From positions 20,708,001 to 20,772,000 of the forward strand of contig NC_090356.1 in NCBI RefSeq assembly GCF_035084215.1: a stretch of DNA of 64,000 nucleotides. The letters are read 5' to 3'. Positions 47,767 to 60,378 of the stretch are shown one piece after another. A program made the position numbers and the translations under genes. The notes under the pieces are model-generated. The model did no database searches. It saw only the letters and a program-made list of their open reading frames with translations, and had not been told where the DNA came from. This stretch comes from Heptranchias perlo. Its lineage: Eukaryota. How positions within the stretch are numbered: position 1 is the first letter of the stretch; each line of letters begins with the position of its first letter.

Positions 47767-48331
47767 GAAGGGGTTGGGGGGGGGACCGGGGACCGCACTC
47801 TGAGATTCCTCTTCAACCTCCCAAGCAAGCTGGAAAATGGACTTTGAACAGACTGTGGGCTCTCACGGCCGGCGACTCTGTGGACGTTTTCCCGTCAAGT
47901 CTTGCGGAATGTTAAGCGTCAGACCCTCGCCGTGGCAACGCAGCTCCCTCGCGGCAAACTGAATTGTGTACAATCAAACTGGACGTTAATGGATGGACAG
48001 AAAAAAAAAATCGAGGTGACTCGTTTCTTGTGAGAGTTAAATGTAACTTTGGAGTGTCGGAAATCTACGTGACTTCTACATCTTCTAAACATGCTGATGG
48101 TATTCCACGGGGCAGACTGTTCCACCAGATGTTTTTTTAACGTTGCGGCAATGACTCTGTGAAGTTCCACTCGGCTCTGTGTTTTGTTCTGTTTAATAAC
48201 AGGAATGCCAGAGAAAATTCATCACTTTTCTTTTTAAATCATACTGTAAATTTTAATATTTAAACTGTAATTTTGCCATCTGGCCAAAAACCTTAACTAT
48301 TATTTTTCCTCCTTCTTGGGTTTAGCGAATG

Positions 48332-48371
48332 AATAAAATAGAAAAGAACAAACTGTCTCAGGAACATTAAA
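48332..48371 (+). terminator. Candidate DHRS3 polyadenylation signals (AATAAA 48332, ATTAAA 48366)
   Basis: Hexamers at the end of an AU-rich, apparently repeat-free stretch about 570 nt after the stop. Confidence 0.6.
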
Positions 48372-48929
48372 ACATTAATGACTAGCTCCGCACTGGTAAC
48401 CCGGCCCAGCCCCATGGCTGAAAGTAATAGCCTGCGTACTGAAAGTTAGTCAGAAACTCCGCACCATACCTGTCCACTGTAACGGCCTCCCTTGGGAATA
48501 GGAGACTCCACCCATGTACATTGATCATCTTCCCAAGTGACCTGGGACCAACTTTAGTTGTTGATGCAGGCATGAGGGAACTGGCAGGTGGGCACAGAAT
48601 TTCCTCTGGTGCAGCCTGACTTACCTGGCATCTCTCTGTTGGTCCTGCATAAAGTTGAAAAGGGGCGGAGGGGGATTCACATTAGGTGTCAGCAATGGAG
48701 CTGGTGGGGAAACATGGAAGCAGCAGGATAATTACTAGAAAGGGTCATAAGAACCTAAGGGCCAAAAAGGAAAAAAAGCACAAGCANNNNNNNNNNNNNN
48801 NNNNNNNNNNNNNNNNNNNNNNNNNNNNNNNNNNNNNNNNNNNNNNNNNNNNNNNNNNNNNNNNNNNNNNNNNNNNNNNNNNNNNNNNNNNNNNNNNNNN
48901 NNNNNNNNNNNNNNNNNNNNNNNNNNNNN

Positions 48930-49365
48930 GCACCCCCCCACGCACAGACGCGCACCACACACAGACGCGCACCACACACAGACGCGCACCACACACAGAC
49001 GCGCACCACACACAGACGCGCACCACACACAGACGCGCACCACACACAGACGCGCACCACACACAGACGCGCACCACACACAGACGCGCACCACACCACA
49101 CGCGCACACACCACACGCGCACACACCACACGCGCACACACCACACGCGCACACACCACACGCGCACACACCACACGCGCACACCGCACCCACGCGCACA
49201 CACACACCGCACCCACACACACACCACACGCACACAGACACACGCACAGACACACACACACCACACGCACAGACACACACACACCACACGCACAGACACA
49301 CACACACCACACGCACAGACACACACACACCACACGCACAGACACGCACCACACACAGACACGCA
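48930..49365. repeat. CA/CG-rich compound minisatellite (18-mer CACACACAGACGCGCACC, then 15-mer and 21-mer variants) after an N gap (48787-48929)
   Basis: Direct reading. Confidence 0.93.
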
Positions 49366-49988
49366 CAAAAAGGTTCCAGAAATAATCTCAAAAGACTGCA
49401 CCCTTTTTTAAGCGAACGTCTGTCTTTTCCCCAGTCCCGAACAACCCTGGATGCCCCATTTCCGATGCACAGAATTAACACTGCACACATGAATGTTACA
49501 AAATTACATTAGGATATCCTTCACCCACATTTCAATATGCTTGTTGCAGAGTGAACAGAATTCCACAAGATTGATTGGCCGTTTCTGTGCTCTGTTACTT
49601 CCTGTCTACTCCGGTGGATACTGTAGGGATTGGGACTGGACCCAGCTTAGGGACGATGCCTACAGATGAAGTAGGCCCAGGTACTGTGCTTACTGCTGAT
49701 TGGAGTCTAAACCCTACTCAGATGCCATGCATACTGATCCAGGCCTGTCAGCAAACCTTAACCTTGTCTCTACAAGGTACAGGAGAGCAGCCTATAGTCT
49801 CGATGTTTTATCATCTTGTGGTTCCAATGGGCCTGGATAAGACCAGGAATATTCCACGAGGCAGGCGTGTAGGTGAATGAGTTCCACTGCTCATTGAACC
49901 TGCTCAATACGGACCATCCTTCTTAATACTGTCTGACTTAGTTAGGCATAGAGACCAAAAGGTCCCAAGGTTTGGTTTGCAAGCTGTA

Positions 49989-50210
49989 CTGAATTAGCTG
50001 GTGCCATGGTAAGGGGTGCTGAATTAGCTGGTGCCATGGTAAGGGGTGCTGAATTAGCTGGTGCCATGGTAAGGGGTGCTGTAATTAGCTGGTGCCATGG
50101 TAAGGGGTGCTGTAATTGGCTGGTGCCATGGTAAGGGGTACTGAATTGGCTGGTGCCATGGTAAGGGGTACTGAATTGGCTGGTGCCATGGTAAGGGGTA
50201 CTGTAATTAG
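49989..50210. repeat. 30/31-bp minisatellite, 7 copies (CTG[T]AATTRGCTGGTGCCATGGTAAGGGGTR)
   Basis: Direct reading; sits within a SINE-like copy. Confidence 0.95.
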
Positions 50211-51349
50211 GCACAACAGCCCTGGTCTAGGGAGTAGTTTTTGGCCCTTGCTTGCTATGCAGTAACTCCTGTTAGAAAGTGTGTGTGGAAATTGGGTGAG
50301 GAATAGGATTGGGTTCTGGTGTGGTTCCTCCCGACTGTTGAATAGCCTGACAAATACACTCTGTTTAGGGTCACAAGTGAAGAATGGCCACTTGGGTGAG
50401 GTATTAGAGGACTGCTGGCATCTATGGATCCATCCCCAGCAACAGGTAGTGTCTTCAGAATAGGAAGGGAGAAGGCGGGGAGGGAGGTTGGTATTTGCTG
50501 CTCGTGTATTTGCCTCCATTATCTCGAGGGTATCAGCTGGGATTCTGACCTAATCTAAGCACAATAGTGGAACTCCACATCTACCTGAATACACTAATTA
50601 CCCAATTTTAATTACAGACTGCAACTGATAGCAGTTTTGTTTAGAGATAAAGTCCAAGGCTTACCGACTAAACACAAACCAATTGGTGAATATCCATGCT
50701 CAAGCCTGCTCTGAGACACCCTTAGTTATAAACGCTAAACAGCATCGTAAATTGTGACTTTTGCATCTATCTGCACATATTTATTAAGAGGATGGAGGTA
50801 TGGAAAGAAGTCCTTTTTCTCCACTTAAGTTGAATAACAGCAGCTAACATCTGTTCTGATACAATAGTCCAGATGTAATATTCTAGGTCAAATCTAATTT
50901 TGTGTTGAAGGTGAGGATATTATTGCTGGAGAATGGAATGCTTTCCATTTCAACCATCCTGTGTCAGCATCCGGCACCTCCATGTCAGGTACAACCCAGT
51001 TAAAGGTAAACCAAAGGTCCCTCTCCTCTTTACCCTCTGTTTATACACCCGTATTGTATTTTTCCATTTTCCACATCATGCATCTTGTGGCCTCTGTGAG
51101 GAGCTTGCAAATTATTGCCAGTTTTGTACTGTGGGGCTACGTTCACAGGACCGGAGTGAATCTGCCCAAACTCATTTCACACAGTACTCACAGCCGAAGG
51201 AGACTTTCATTCCCAGCGCATTAACATTGAAGAATGGAAATGGAATGAGGAATGGGATCAACACTGGAACATTTTTCCTTTTTTCCCCCCCACACTAGTG
51301 ACAATATGAAGTACTTCCAAATCAAATATAGAGCCAAACTGCCTCTGAT

Positions 51350-51782
51350 AAAGCCAGAATCCAGGGATGGGAAACCTCAGATATTGAGTCTATTTCCACT
51401 GGGTAGAGGACATTTAATAGAGGTTTTTAAAATTCTGAATGATTTCGATAGGGTGATGGGGAAAGACTATTTCTTCAGGTTGGGGAAGCAATGACGAGGG
51501 GATCAACCATTTAAAATTGTCAGAGAGGGGAGATTTGTTAAGGAGAAATTTCTTTACAAAGAGAGTTTTTAAGAGCATGGAGTGCTCTGCCACAGGGGAA
51601 GGTTGAGGCAGAGATAACTGCACCTTTTAAGAGAAAAATGGGTAAATATTTTAAGCAGAGGAATATACAGAATGATGGGGTGAAAGTAGGGCAGTTGGAT
51701 TAGTTTTGGATTGCTTCAGCAAAGAGCCAGCACACACAATGGGCTGAATGGCTTCCTTTTGTGCTGCAAATGTCAATGGTTC
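51350..51782 (+). mobile_element. Old CR1 LINE 3' end
   Basis: [11 protein letters not shown]; gggctgaatggct tail. Confidence 0.75.
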
Positions 51783-52061
51783 CTGTGCTCTAATCCAAAC
51801 ACTCAGTAGAGCAGACCCTCTACTATTACTGTGTGAATTTGATTTTCACTCCCCATACTAGCTACCCTTAAAATCAGAGAGACTGGTGATTTTAACAAAA
51901 GGGCTCTCAGTCCCTGTAAACTGGGGTCTTATTGAGGTCAAGCTGGCTCCAAGCCTTGTGATGGGAATTGGAACTGACACCATGCACTGTGACAGACTTG
52001 ATAATCCGATAGCCGAGCCACGCAGGCCTGTAGGCCTCTGTTGATGATTGACCAGCCAACC

Positions 52062-52185
52062 CTGATTCACTGATGGGACCTGGAGAGGTATATCTGTTAC
52101 TAGAGGCTGGCATTCTTCCTGCTTGACTCTAGAATGCTAGCCTCCAGTAACAGATCTGCCCCTTCAGGTCCCATCAATTAGTCAG
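52062..52185. repeat. Long hairpin: 45-bp core stem with 14-nt loop
   Basis: 52072-52116 pairs with 52131-52175 (39 Watson-Crick, 3 G-U, 3 mismatches on the plus strand). Confidence 0.85.
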
Positions 52186-53999
52186 ACTTGTACTGCAAAA
52201 CACTCGCCTAACAGGAACAGTGATTCTACCTGAATAAGCAGTCTGAAGCTGTGTGCTAGTAAACTGTGTGGCTTTAGGTGGTTAAACTCCAGCAGTTACT
52301 CCTCTAAGGGAATCAAGGGGTATGGGGATCGGGTGGGAAAGTGGAGTTGAGGTCGAAGATCAGCCATGATATTGAATGGCGGGGCAGGCTCATGGGGCTG
52401 AATGGCCTACTCCTGCTCCTATTTCTTACATTCTTATGTACTTTTATGCACGGCCTGGGCGGCTCCTTTGCCAACCTGTGTTAAACTCAGAGAACTTAGG
52501 TAAGTGGGCTGTGGCCCTCCGGGGGTTTACTTATGCACTCTATATTGGAGACTCATGCAAGGTGATCGGCACCCACACGTATCAGACACTTACCCATCTG
52601 TACAGAAAAGTGGGAAGCGGATCAGTATGACAAGATACTGAAAACTGTCAACCAGCCAAAATTAAACATTTCAACAAACAGAAACCAGGAACCACTAAAA
52701 TACCACTAAAGCAAAATACTGTGGATGCTGGAAATGAAAGGTCATCGATCGGAAAATTTAACTGTTTCTCTGTCCGCAGATGCTGCCTGACCTGCTGAGT
52801 GTTTCCAGCATTTTCTGTTTGTACCACTAAAATACCCTCTGCCTCTCAGAATTAGAAAAAAAAAAGTCCATATTGGTATAAATGGTTTTAGAAATAATTT
52901 TCATTGAAGATTAAACAAGGTGGAATAAACAGCACTAGACAGATGGGGAAGTGTCGTTGTCAAATAAAATATCCCTCCATTTTCATTAAGTTCAATGCGC
53001 TGCTGTCGCTGGGAATTATAGCTGCCTTTGAATGTGTTTAATGCTGTGTTAGTGTTGCCAGCTCCCGATGTGTTTTTTTTAATGGGTTTTCCTGGCCACT
53101 GATCTTAGTGAATCTGGCAAGCTACAGAGATGGTGCTGCCAACGGTGTACAACTGGTACATTGGGATTAGGTGGGACGAGCATGGCATCAAACCAGTCCA
53201 AAAGCAGTGTAAACGGAACAAATACTAGGGTACTTACCAGGGATGAGCAGTTCTCATTAAAAGAATTTGATTTGTACACACAGATGCTTTTCTATATTAT
53301 ATTACAGATGACATCTTTCTGAGTCAGGTTTGGAATAATTATACCCGTTCAATTAAAGAGTGATTTTTTTCACAAATATTCTATCAATGGCTTTGATTGA
53401 GAATCACATTGAAGCTTCTGAGGGAAAAAAAAACACACTGGTCACTTGGAAAAGTTATGGGGATCAATATATTCTTGACGGTTTAAGCTTTTGATAAGTA
53501 AAACATTAGGGAAATCTTATCAGGTGTCACATTGTTGGTGGAGCCTTGCAGGCAGCCAGGGCATTTTGGAAAATCGCACACTTTTCCAATACACGTTGGC
53601 TCCATGCAAGGTCTCTTACATTTGCCCTGTTATTTAACCGCTCCATGGGTAAATACATCTCCTGATGTGGTAACAAGCCATACGGAGCTTTAAAGCCCTG
53701 TCTGTGCTGACTTAACCGATCTCAGCAGGGGCAGTAGTTGGGACTCTACAGTTGGCCCTTACTTCTTTGGGGGGGGAAAAAGTCGGCTGGGAATAGGTCC
53801 CCACTGGAAAGTGCATGTATATGGATAGATCTGGCTCAGCTGTAATGCCTCTGTGGTTAATGGTCCACCGGCTCTCACTGTTTAGACTCACCTGTACAGG
53901 AGGTCACTTTGGGCAGTACTGGTGGGTTCCGATGGAATTATACCCCAGCAAGAGTCAGCATCTTCAGGAAAGAAGGGGAGAGAGAAATTAACAATGCAT

Positions 54000-54445
54000 G
54001 TCAAGTCTCAGCTTGGTTCAGTGGTGGCACTCTTGACTTCTGGGCCAGAAAGTTGTGGATTCAAGCCCCAGTTCAGGACTAGAGCACATAATCTCGGCTA
54101 ACACTTCAATGTAGTACTGAGGGATTTTTGTTTTGTTGAAGGTACTGTTCTTTGGATGAGACTTAAAACCAAGGTCCTGTGCAGGTACATGTAGAATGGT
54201 ACATCTATGGCAATTTTTTCTGAATTTCCTGTGTTCATCCATCACTGATCCGTAACCAACGCCACAACAACAGATTATCTGGTCATTTATCTCATTTCTG
54301 TTTGTGGCACCTTGCTGATCACAAAATGGCTGCTGTGTTTGACTGCAGAATAACAGTAATTACACTATAATTCAATGGCTTTGAGGCACTTTGGGACATC
54401 CTGAGGACATGAGAGGCTCTCTATAAAGCCAAGAACTTTCTTTGC
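54000..54445 (+). mobile_element. Diverged DeuSINE copy
   Basis: Head, core and tail recognisable. Confidence 0.7.
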
Positions 54446-54659
54446 TACTCATAGTATAAATTCTGAAAGATTGGGGGGTAGAATTTCTGTGAAGGTTCTC
54501 TCGATCTCCTGCTGTAACTTTGGGTGGAAGCCCTGGAGAAACGGCGAAAGCAGCTGTTTATCTGGAGTTTCTGCTGAAGTTATGACAGGAGGTTGGGATG
54601 ACTCCTGTGGAAATGCCGGGCGTTTAAATTAAATGCTTCTATTTTTGCATTTTCTAATG

Positions 54660-55242
54660 CATGCCTTTGTTACCTCCAGACGCAACTATTTCAATGCTCG
54701 CCTGGCCGCCTCCCACCTTGACCCCTCCGTAATCTTGAGCTCATCCAAAACTCTGCTGCTCGTATCCTAACTTGCACCAAGTTCCGTTCACCCATCATCC
54801 CTGTGCTCGCTGATCTACATGGCCTCCCGGTCCGGCAACACCACGACTTAAAAATTCTCATCCTTGTTTTCAAATCCCTCCATGGCCTCGTCCCTCCCTA
54901 TCTCTGTGACCTCCTCCAGCCCTACAACCCTGCGAGATCTCTGCGCTCCTCCAATTCTGGCCTCTTGCGCATCCCTGATTTTCATCGCTCCACCATTGGT
55001 GGCCGTGCCTTCAGCTGTCTAGGCCCTAAACTCTGGAATTTACTCCCGAAAACTCTCCCTCTCTCTCTCCTCCTTTAATACGCTCCTTAAAACCTCTCTC
55101 TTTGACCAAGCTTTTGGTCACCTGTCTTAATATCTCCTTATGTGGCTCGGTGTTAAATTTTGTCTGATACCGCTCCTGCGAAGCGCTTTGGGACATTTTA
55201 CTATATTAAAGGCGCTATATAAATGCAAGTTGCTATTGTTGA
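54660..55242 (+). mobile_element. L2 LINE 3' fragment
   Basis: [33 protein letters not shown]. Confidence 0.9.
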
Positions 55243-57439
55243 TTTACAATTTTAAATCTAGACTTTTTTTAAGCAATTGAGGGGGCCCAGCAACATTTGG
55301 TTGTCTGGTTGTGACTAAAACACAGATTCTTGTAGAATAGAAACTGTGACCAGTCTTAATTTCAGGACTGAAAAAAATGGTTTGGCGGAGATTAGTTTTG
55401 TGTCGAGGTGTCCAATTTCTGAGTTCTCTTTAAACTGACCTACTGGCAAGTTTAAGCATCAGCCGAGAAACTAGAACTCTCCCTTGCCCTGGTAGTGAAC
55501 CCTTCTCCGCATTCTGTTTGAGGCTTTGGGCGGGGGGCGTTGGGGGCTGACAGCAGCCTGCTGAGGCAGTGAGAGGGGAAGAGTCCTGGCGGCCGGGGTC
55601 ACAGCAAGGTTAGCTAAATAACGGATTAATTAGGAGAAACGGCACCTGGCCTCACCGTGAACTCTTCACCGGGCTAACCTGTACATAACCTGGCCAAGAA
55701 CAGGTGGAGAGCAAGCAAGTCAACCTCAGCTCCAGCCCCAGCACTGCCGGCCTGAAAGGGAGCTTATTTTTTTAAGACGCATTGTGGGGGGGGGGGGGAA
55801 ATGGGGGAAGAGGGTCAGTTCTTGAAGGCCACCAAGGAAAGGGCTCATTTTATTTAGATCTTGTACTGGAAAGCAGCCATCCTCTGCTTATTAGATTTTC
55901 TTCTAAGTTCCGTCACCTTTCCTCTAGCTTTGTGTATCTAATGCTGCATTTATACTCCAGCAATTTGCGGTTAACATTTCCATTTTCTATTACTCTGAAG
56001 GCCAGTCTCCAAAATACAATGTATACACAACACCAGATTAAGCAACTGAGACTTAGCTCAGAATATAACACTATGTCAGTGATGTTGTCAGGAACACACT
56101 TTAAGGTGATATTTTTATTATTGGCAAAAAAATGACTTAAGGGTTCCACCCAAACCAGTAACCTGTCATCGTCCTTCGTTGACTGGCCTGCTGTACACTT
56201 TCTGTTTATCTTGATGTTCAAGTACCTTGAACCTAAACAAAAACGGGAAATATTGGAAATTCACAGTAGAACCACTTTGCACTGACGGCTGCACCCCTGA
56301 AACTCGAGAAACCGTACAATGGAAATAGAAACTTAAAGGACATGTTTACCCCACATTGAACCATGAATTATTACAGTTCATGACAAGTCCATTGAGTATT
56401 TTTTGTGTATGTTTTCATGGTGATGTATAATTGAAGTCTCAATCATTTTCACTTATTCCACCCATCTTTTCTAATAGAATCCAGTGTATGGGTGAGTGTC
56501 TGTATTAAGGGCTGTGTGCATTCCTGCGACTCTGAGCACTGTCCATTGTTTGCACACTATAAGAAAGGGTCAAATATCTGATAATGGAATGGAATATTTT
56601 AGTGAAGGAGCATGGAGACAAATCTGAACTCTGACCTTGGTTACTTTGCTGCAGAATGTATTATATTCAATGACAGATAAGCCTGTTGCTACTCAAGAAA
56701 ATTTCTAAGTTAGATTAGATTTCTCAAGATATGGGGCAGAACTAATTAATTTCTAGTATTAGCTATGTCTGAAATGATTATTAATCAATTCAAATTTTAA
56801 AAATTATTTGCGCCCATTTTATATTTAACTTCTTCTTTCCCCTTTGTAGTCACCGCCGCAGTACCTCTAGAATGTAGAAGGACCAGGTGTAGTCTTTCAT
56901 GATCATCAACTGCTCTCTGAATAGCTAACCAAAGACTACACAATTCTCAGAGGACCAGTTAGCTAACCTGAAACTTACCTGTTACAAGATATGGGTTTGC
57001 ATTAACCATTGCTTCCTCGCCTGGGGCACCGGACAACTTCTGCCTGTCTCGGTGAGGCTTGTGGTTAGTGAGGTGACACAGTTAACAGACTGACAGACAT
57101 AACTTCACAACTAATATTAACATGTTTAAAGGGTCAGGTAGCCCTGGGGCTTCAGCTTCAATGGTTTACTAAAAATAACAAAAAGCAGACTCCAATATGG
57201 TACTGAGCTATACGGGCCAGGAAGATCCCATGTTCATTCCTCAGTCTATGTTGAGCTAATTGGTCTTAGCACCTGTGAGGGAAATAAAAATCAGTGAGGG
57301 TTACTCTTCCATTGCTGGTCTGTGTTTGTCTCCCCGTTCCATAAAATACCTTGGGATGTCTGCTACGTTGGAGGCATTATGTTAAGTGCATGCTACTGTT
57401 GTTGAGTGGTAGACATTAATCTTGGAATGATGTATGGAT

Positions 57440-58014
57440 AGAACATAAGAACATAAGAAATAGGAGCAGGAGTAGGCCACACGGCCCCTCGAGCCTGCTC
57501 TGCCATTCAATCAGATCACGGCTGATCTTCAACCTCAACTCCACTTTCCCGCCCGATCACCTTGATTCGCCTACAGTACAAAAATCTATTGATCTCAGCC
57601 TTGAATATATTCAATGACTCAGCATCCACAGCCCTCTGGGGTAGAGAATTCCAAAGATTCACAACCCTCTGAGTGAAGAAATTCCTCCTCATATCAGTTG
57701 TAAATGGCCGACCCCTTATCCTGTGACTATGTCCCCTAGTTCTAGACTCTCCAGCCAAGGGAAACAACCTCTCAGTATCTACCCTATCAAGCCCCGTCAG
57801 AATCTTATATGGTTCAATGAGATCACCTCTCATTCTTCTAAACTCCAGAGAGTATAGGCTCATTCTACTCAACCTCTCCTCACAGGACAAGCCTCTCATC
57901 CCAGGAATTAATTTAGTGAACCTTCGTTGCACTACCTCTAAGACAAGTATATCCTTCCTTAGATAAGGAGAACAAAACTGTACACAGTACTCCAGGTGAG
58001 GTCTCACCAAAGCC
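57440..58014 (-). mobile_element. CR1 LINE 3' part (host element; continues at 59688-59936)
   Basis: ALVRPHLEYCVQF...RRMRGDLIE; (AACATAAG)n tail. Confidence 0.9.
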
Positions 58015-59687
58015 AAAATTACGGTTGAGAAAGGCATGGATGTTAGGGAACTTGGGGAAATAAATAGTGATGTCTTGAGGAGTGTACATATTACAGAGAG
58101 GGAGGTGCTGGAAGTCTTAACGCGCATCAAGGTAGATAAATCTCCGGGACCTGATGAAATGTATCCCAGGACGTTATGGGAGGTTAGGGAGGAAATTGCG
58201 GGTCCCCTAGCAGAGATATTTGAATCATCGACAGCTTCAGGTGAGGTGCCTGAAGATTGGAGGGTAGCAAATGTTGTGCCTTTGTTTAAGAAGGGCGGCA
58301 GGGAAAAGCCTGGGAACTACAGACCGGTGAGCCTGACATCTGTAGTGGGTAAGTTGTTAGAGGGTATTCTGAGGGACAGGATCTACAGGCATTTGGAGAG
58401 GCAGGGACTGATTAGGAACAGTCAGCATGGTTTTGTGAGAGGAAAATCATGTCTCACGAATTTGATTGAGTTTTTTGAAGGGGTAACCAAGAAGATAGAT
58501 GAGGGGCTGTGCAGTAGACGTGGTCAACATGGACTTTAGCAAAGCCTTTGACAAGGTACCGCATGGTAGGTTGTTACATAAGGTTAAATCTCACGGGATC
58601 CAAGGTGAGGTAGCCAATTGGATACAAAATTGGATTGACAGAAGACAGAGGGTGGTTGTAGAGGGTTGTTTTTCAAACTGGAGGCCTGTGACCAGCGGTG
58701 TGCCTCAGGGATTGGTGCTGGGTCCGCTGTTATTTGTTATTTATATTAATGATTTGGATGAGAATTTAGGAGGCATGGTTAGTAAGTTTGCAGATGACAC
58801 CAAGATTGGTGGCATTGTGGACAGTGAAGGTGGTTATCTAGGATTGCAACGGGATCTTGATAAATTGGGCCAGTGGGCCGATGAATGGCAGATGGAGTTT
58901 AATTTAGATAAATGTGAGGTGATGCATTTTGGTAGATCGAATCGGGCCAGGACCTACTCCGTTAATGGTAGGGCGTTGGGGAGAGTTATAGAACAAAGAG
59001 ATCTAGGAGTACAGGTTCATAGCTCCTTGAAAGTGGAGTCACAGGTGGATAGGGTGGTGAAGAAGGCATTCAGCATGCTTGGTTTCATTGGTCAGAACAC
59101 TGAATACAGGAGTTGGGATGTCTTGTTGAAGTTGTACAAGACATTAGTAAGGCCACACTTGGAATACTGTGTACAGTTCTGGTCACCCTATTATAGAAAG
59201 GATATTATTAAACTAGAAAGAGTGCAGAAAAGATTTACTAGGATGCTACCGGGACTTGATGGTTTGACTTATAGGGAGAGGTTGGATAGACGGAGACTTT
59301 TTTCCCTGGAGAGTAGGAGGTTTAGGGGTGATCTTATAGAAGTCTATAAAATAATGAGGGGCATAGATAAGGTAGATAGTCAAAATCTTTTCCCAAAGGT
59401 AGGGGAGACTATAACGAGGGGAGAGATACAAAAGGGTCCAGAGGGGCAATTTTTTCACTCAAAGGGTGGTGAGTGTCTGGAACGAGCTGCCAGAGGCAGT
59501 AGTAGAGGCGGGTACAATTTTGTCTTTTAAAAAGCATTTGGACAGTTACATGGGTAAGATGGGTATAGAGGGATATGGGCCAAGTGCAGGCAATTGGGAC
59601 TAGCTTAGTGGTATAAACTGGGCGACATGGACATGTTGGGTCGAAGGGCCTGTTTCCATGTTGTAAACTTCTATGATTCTATGATTC
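58015..59687 (+). mobile_element. 5'-truncated CR1 LINE inserted into an opposite-strand CR1
   Basis: ORFs 58036..58539 and 58499..59530 (frameshift) with KSPGPD, NYRPVSLTS, KFADDTK; (ATTCTATG)n tail. Confidence 0.93.
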
Positions 59688-60378
59688 TAGTAAGACTCCC
59701 TTACTCTTGTACTCCAACCCCCTTGCAATAAAGGCCAACGTGTCAAATGCCTTCCTAATTGCTTGCTAACTTTTTGTGTTCCTTGTACGAGGACACCTAA
59801 ATCTCTCTGAACACCAACATTTAATAGTTTCTCACCATTTAAAAAATATTCTGTTTTTCTATTCTTCCTACAAAAGTGTATAACCTCACATTTCCCCACA
59901 TTATACTCCCTCTGCCACCTTCTTGCCCACTCACTTAGGAACATAGGAACAGGAGTAGGCCATTCAGCCCCTCGTGCCCGCTCCGCCATTCGATAAGATC
60001 ATGGCCGATCCGTGACCCAACTCCACACACCCGCCCCCGGCCCATATCCCTTAATACCCCTGGTTGCCAAAAAGCCATCCATCTCAGATTCAAATTTAGC
60101 AATTGAGCTAGTATCAATTGCCGTCTGCGGAAGAGAGTCCCAAACTTCTACAACCCTTTGTGTGTAGAAATGATTTCTAATCTCACTCCTGAAAGGTCTG
60201 GCTCCAATTTTTAGACTGTGCCCCCTACTCCTAAAATCCCCAACCAGCGGAAATAGTTTCTCTCTATCCACCCTATCTGTTCCCCTTAATATCTTATAAA
60301 CTTCGATCAGATCACCCCTTAACCTTCGAAACTCCAGAGAATACAACCCCAATTTGTGTAATCTCTCCTCGTAATTTA
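59688..60378 (-). mobile_element. Upstream remainder of the host CR1 (59688-59936) followed by the 3' end of another CR1 subfamily (59937-60378)
   Basis: KCEVIHF..QRDLGVLV; then YEERLHKLGLYSLEFRRLRGDLIE. Confidence 0.85.

Noticed and set aside
48686-49490. 200-250 aa repetitive ORFs
   Set aside because: Translate a CA/CG minisatellite and a gap
49989-50210. Regular 30-bp repeats resembling a CRISPR array
   Set aside because: No unique spacers, vertebrate context, derived from a SINE
58036-59530. Active LINE
   Set aside because: 5'-truncated, lacks endonuclease/ORF1, frameshifted
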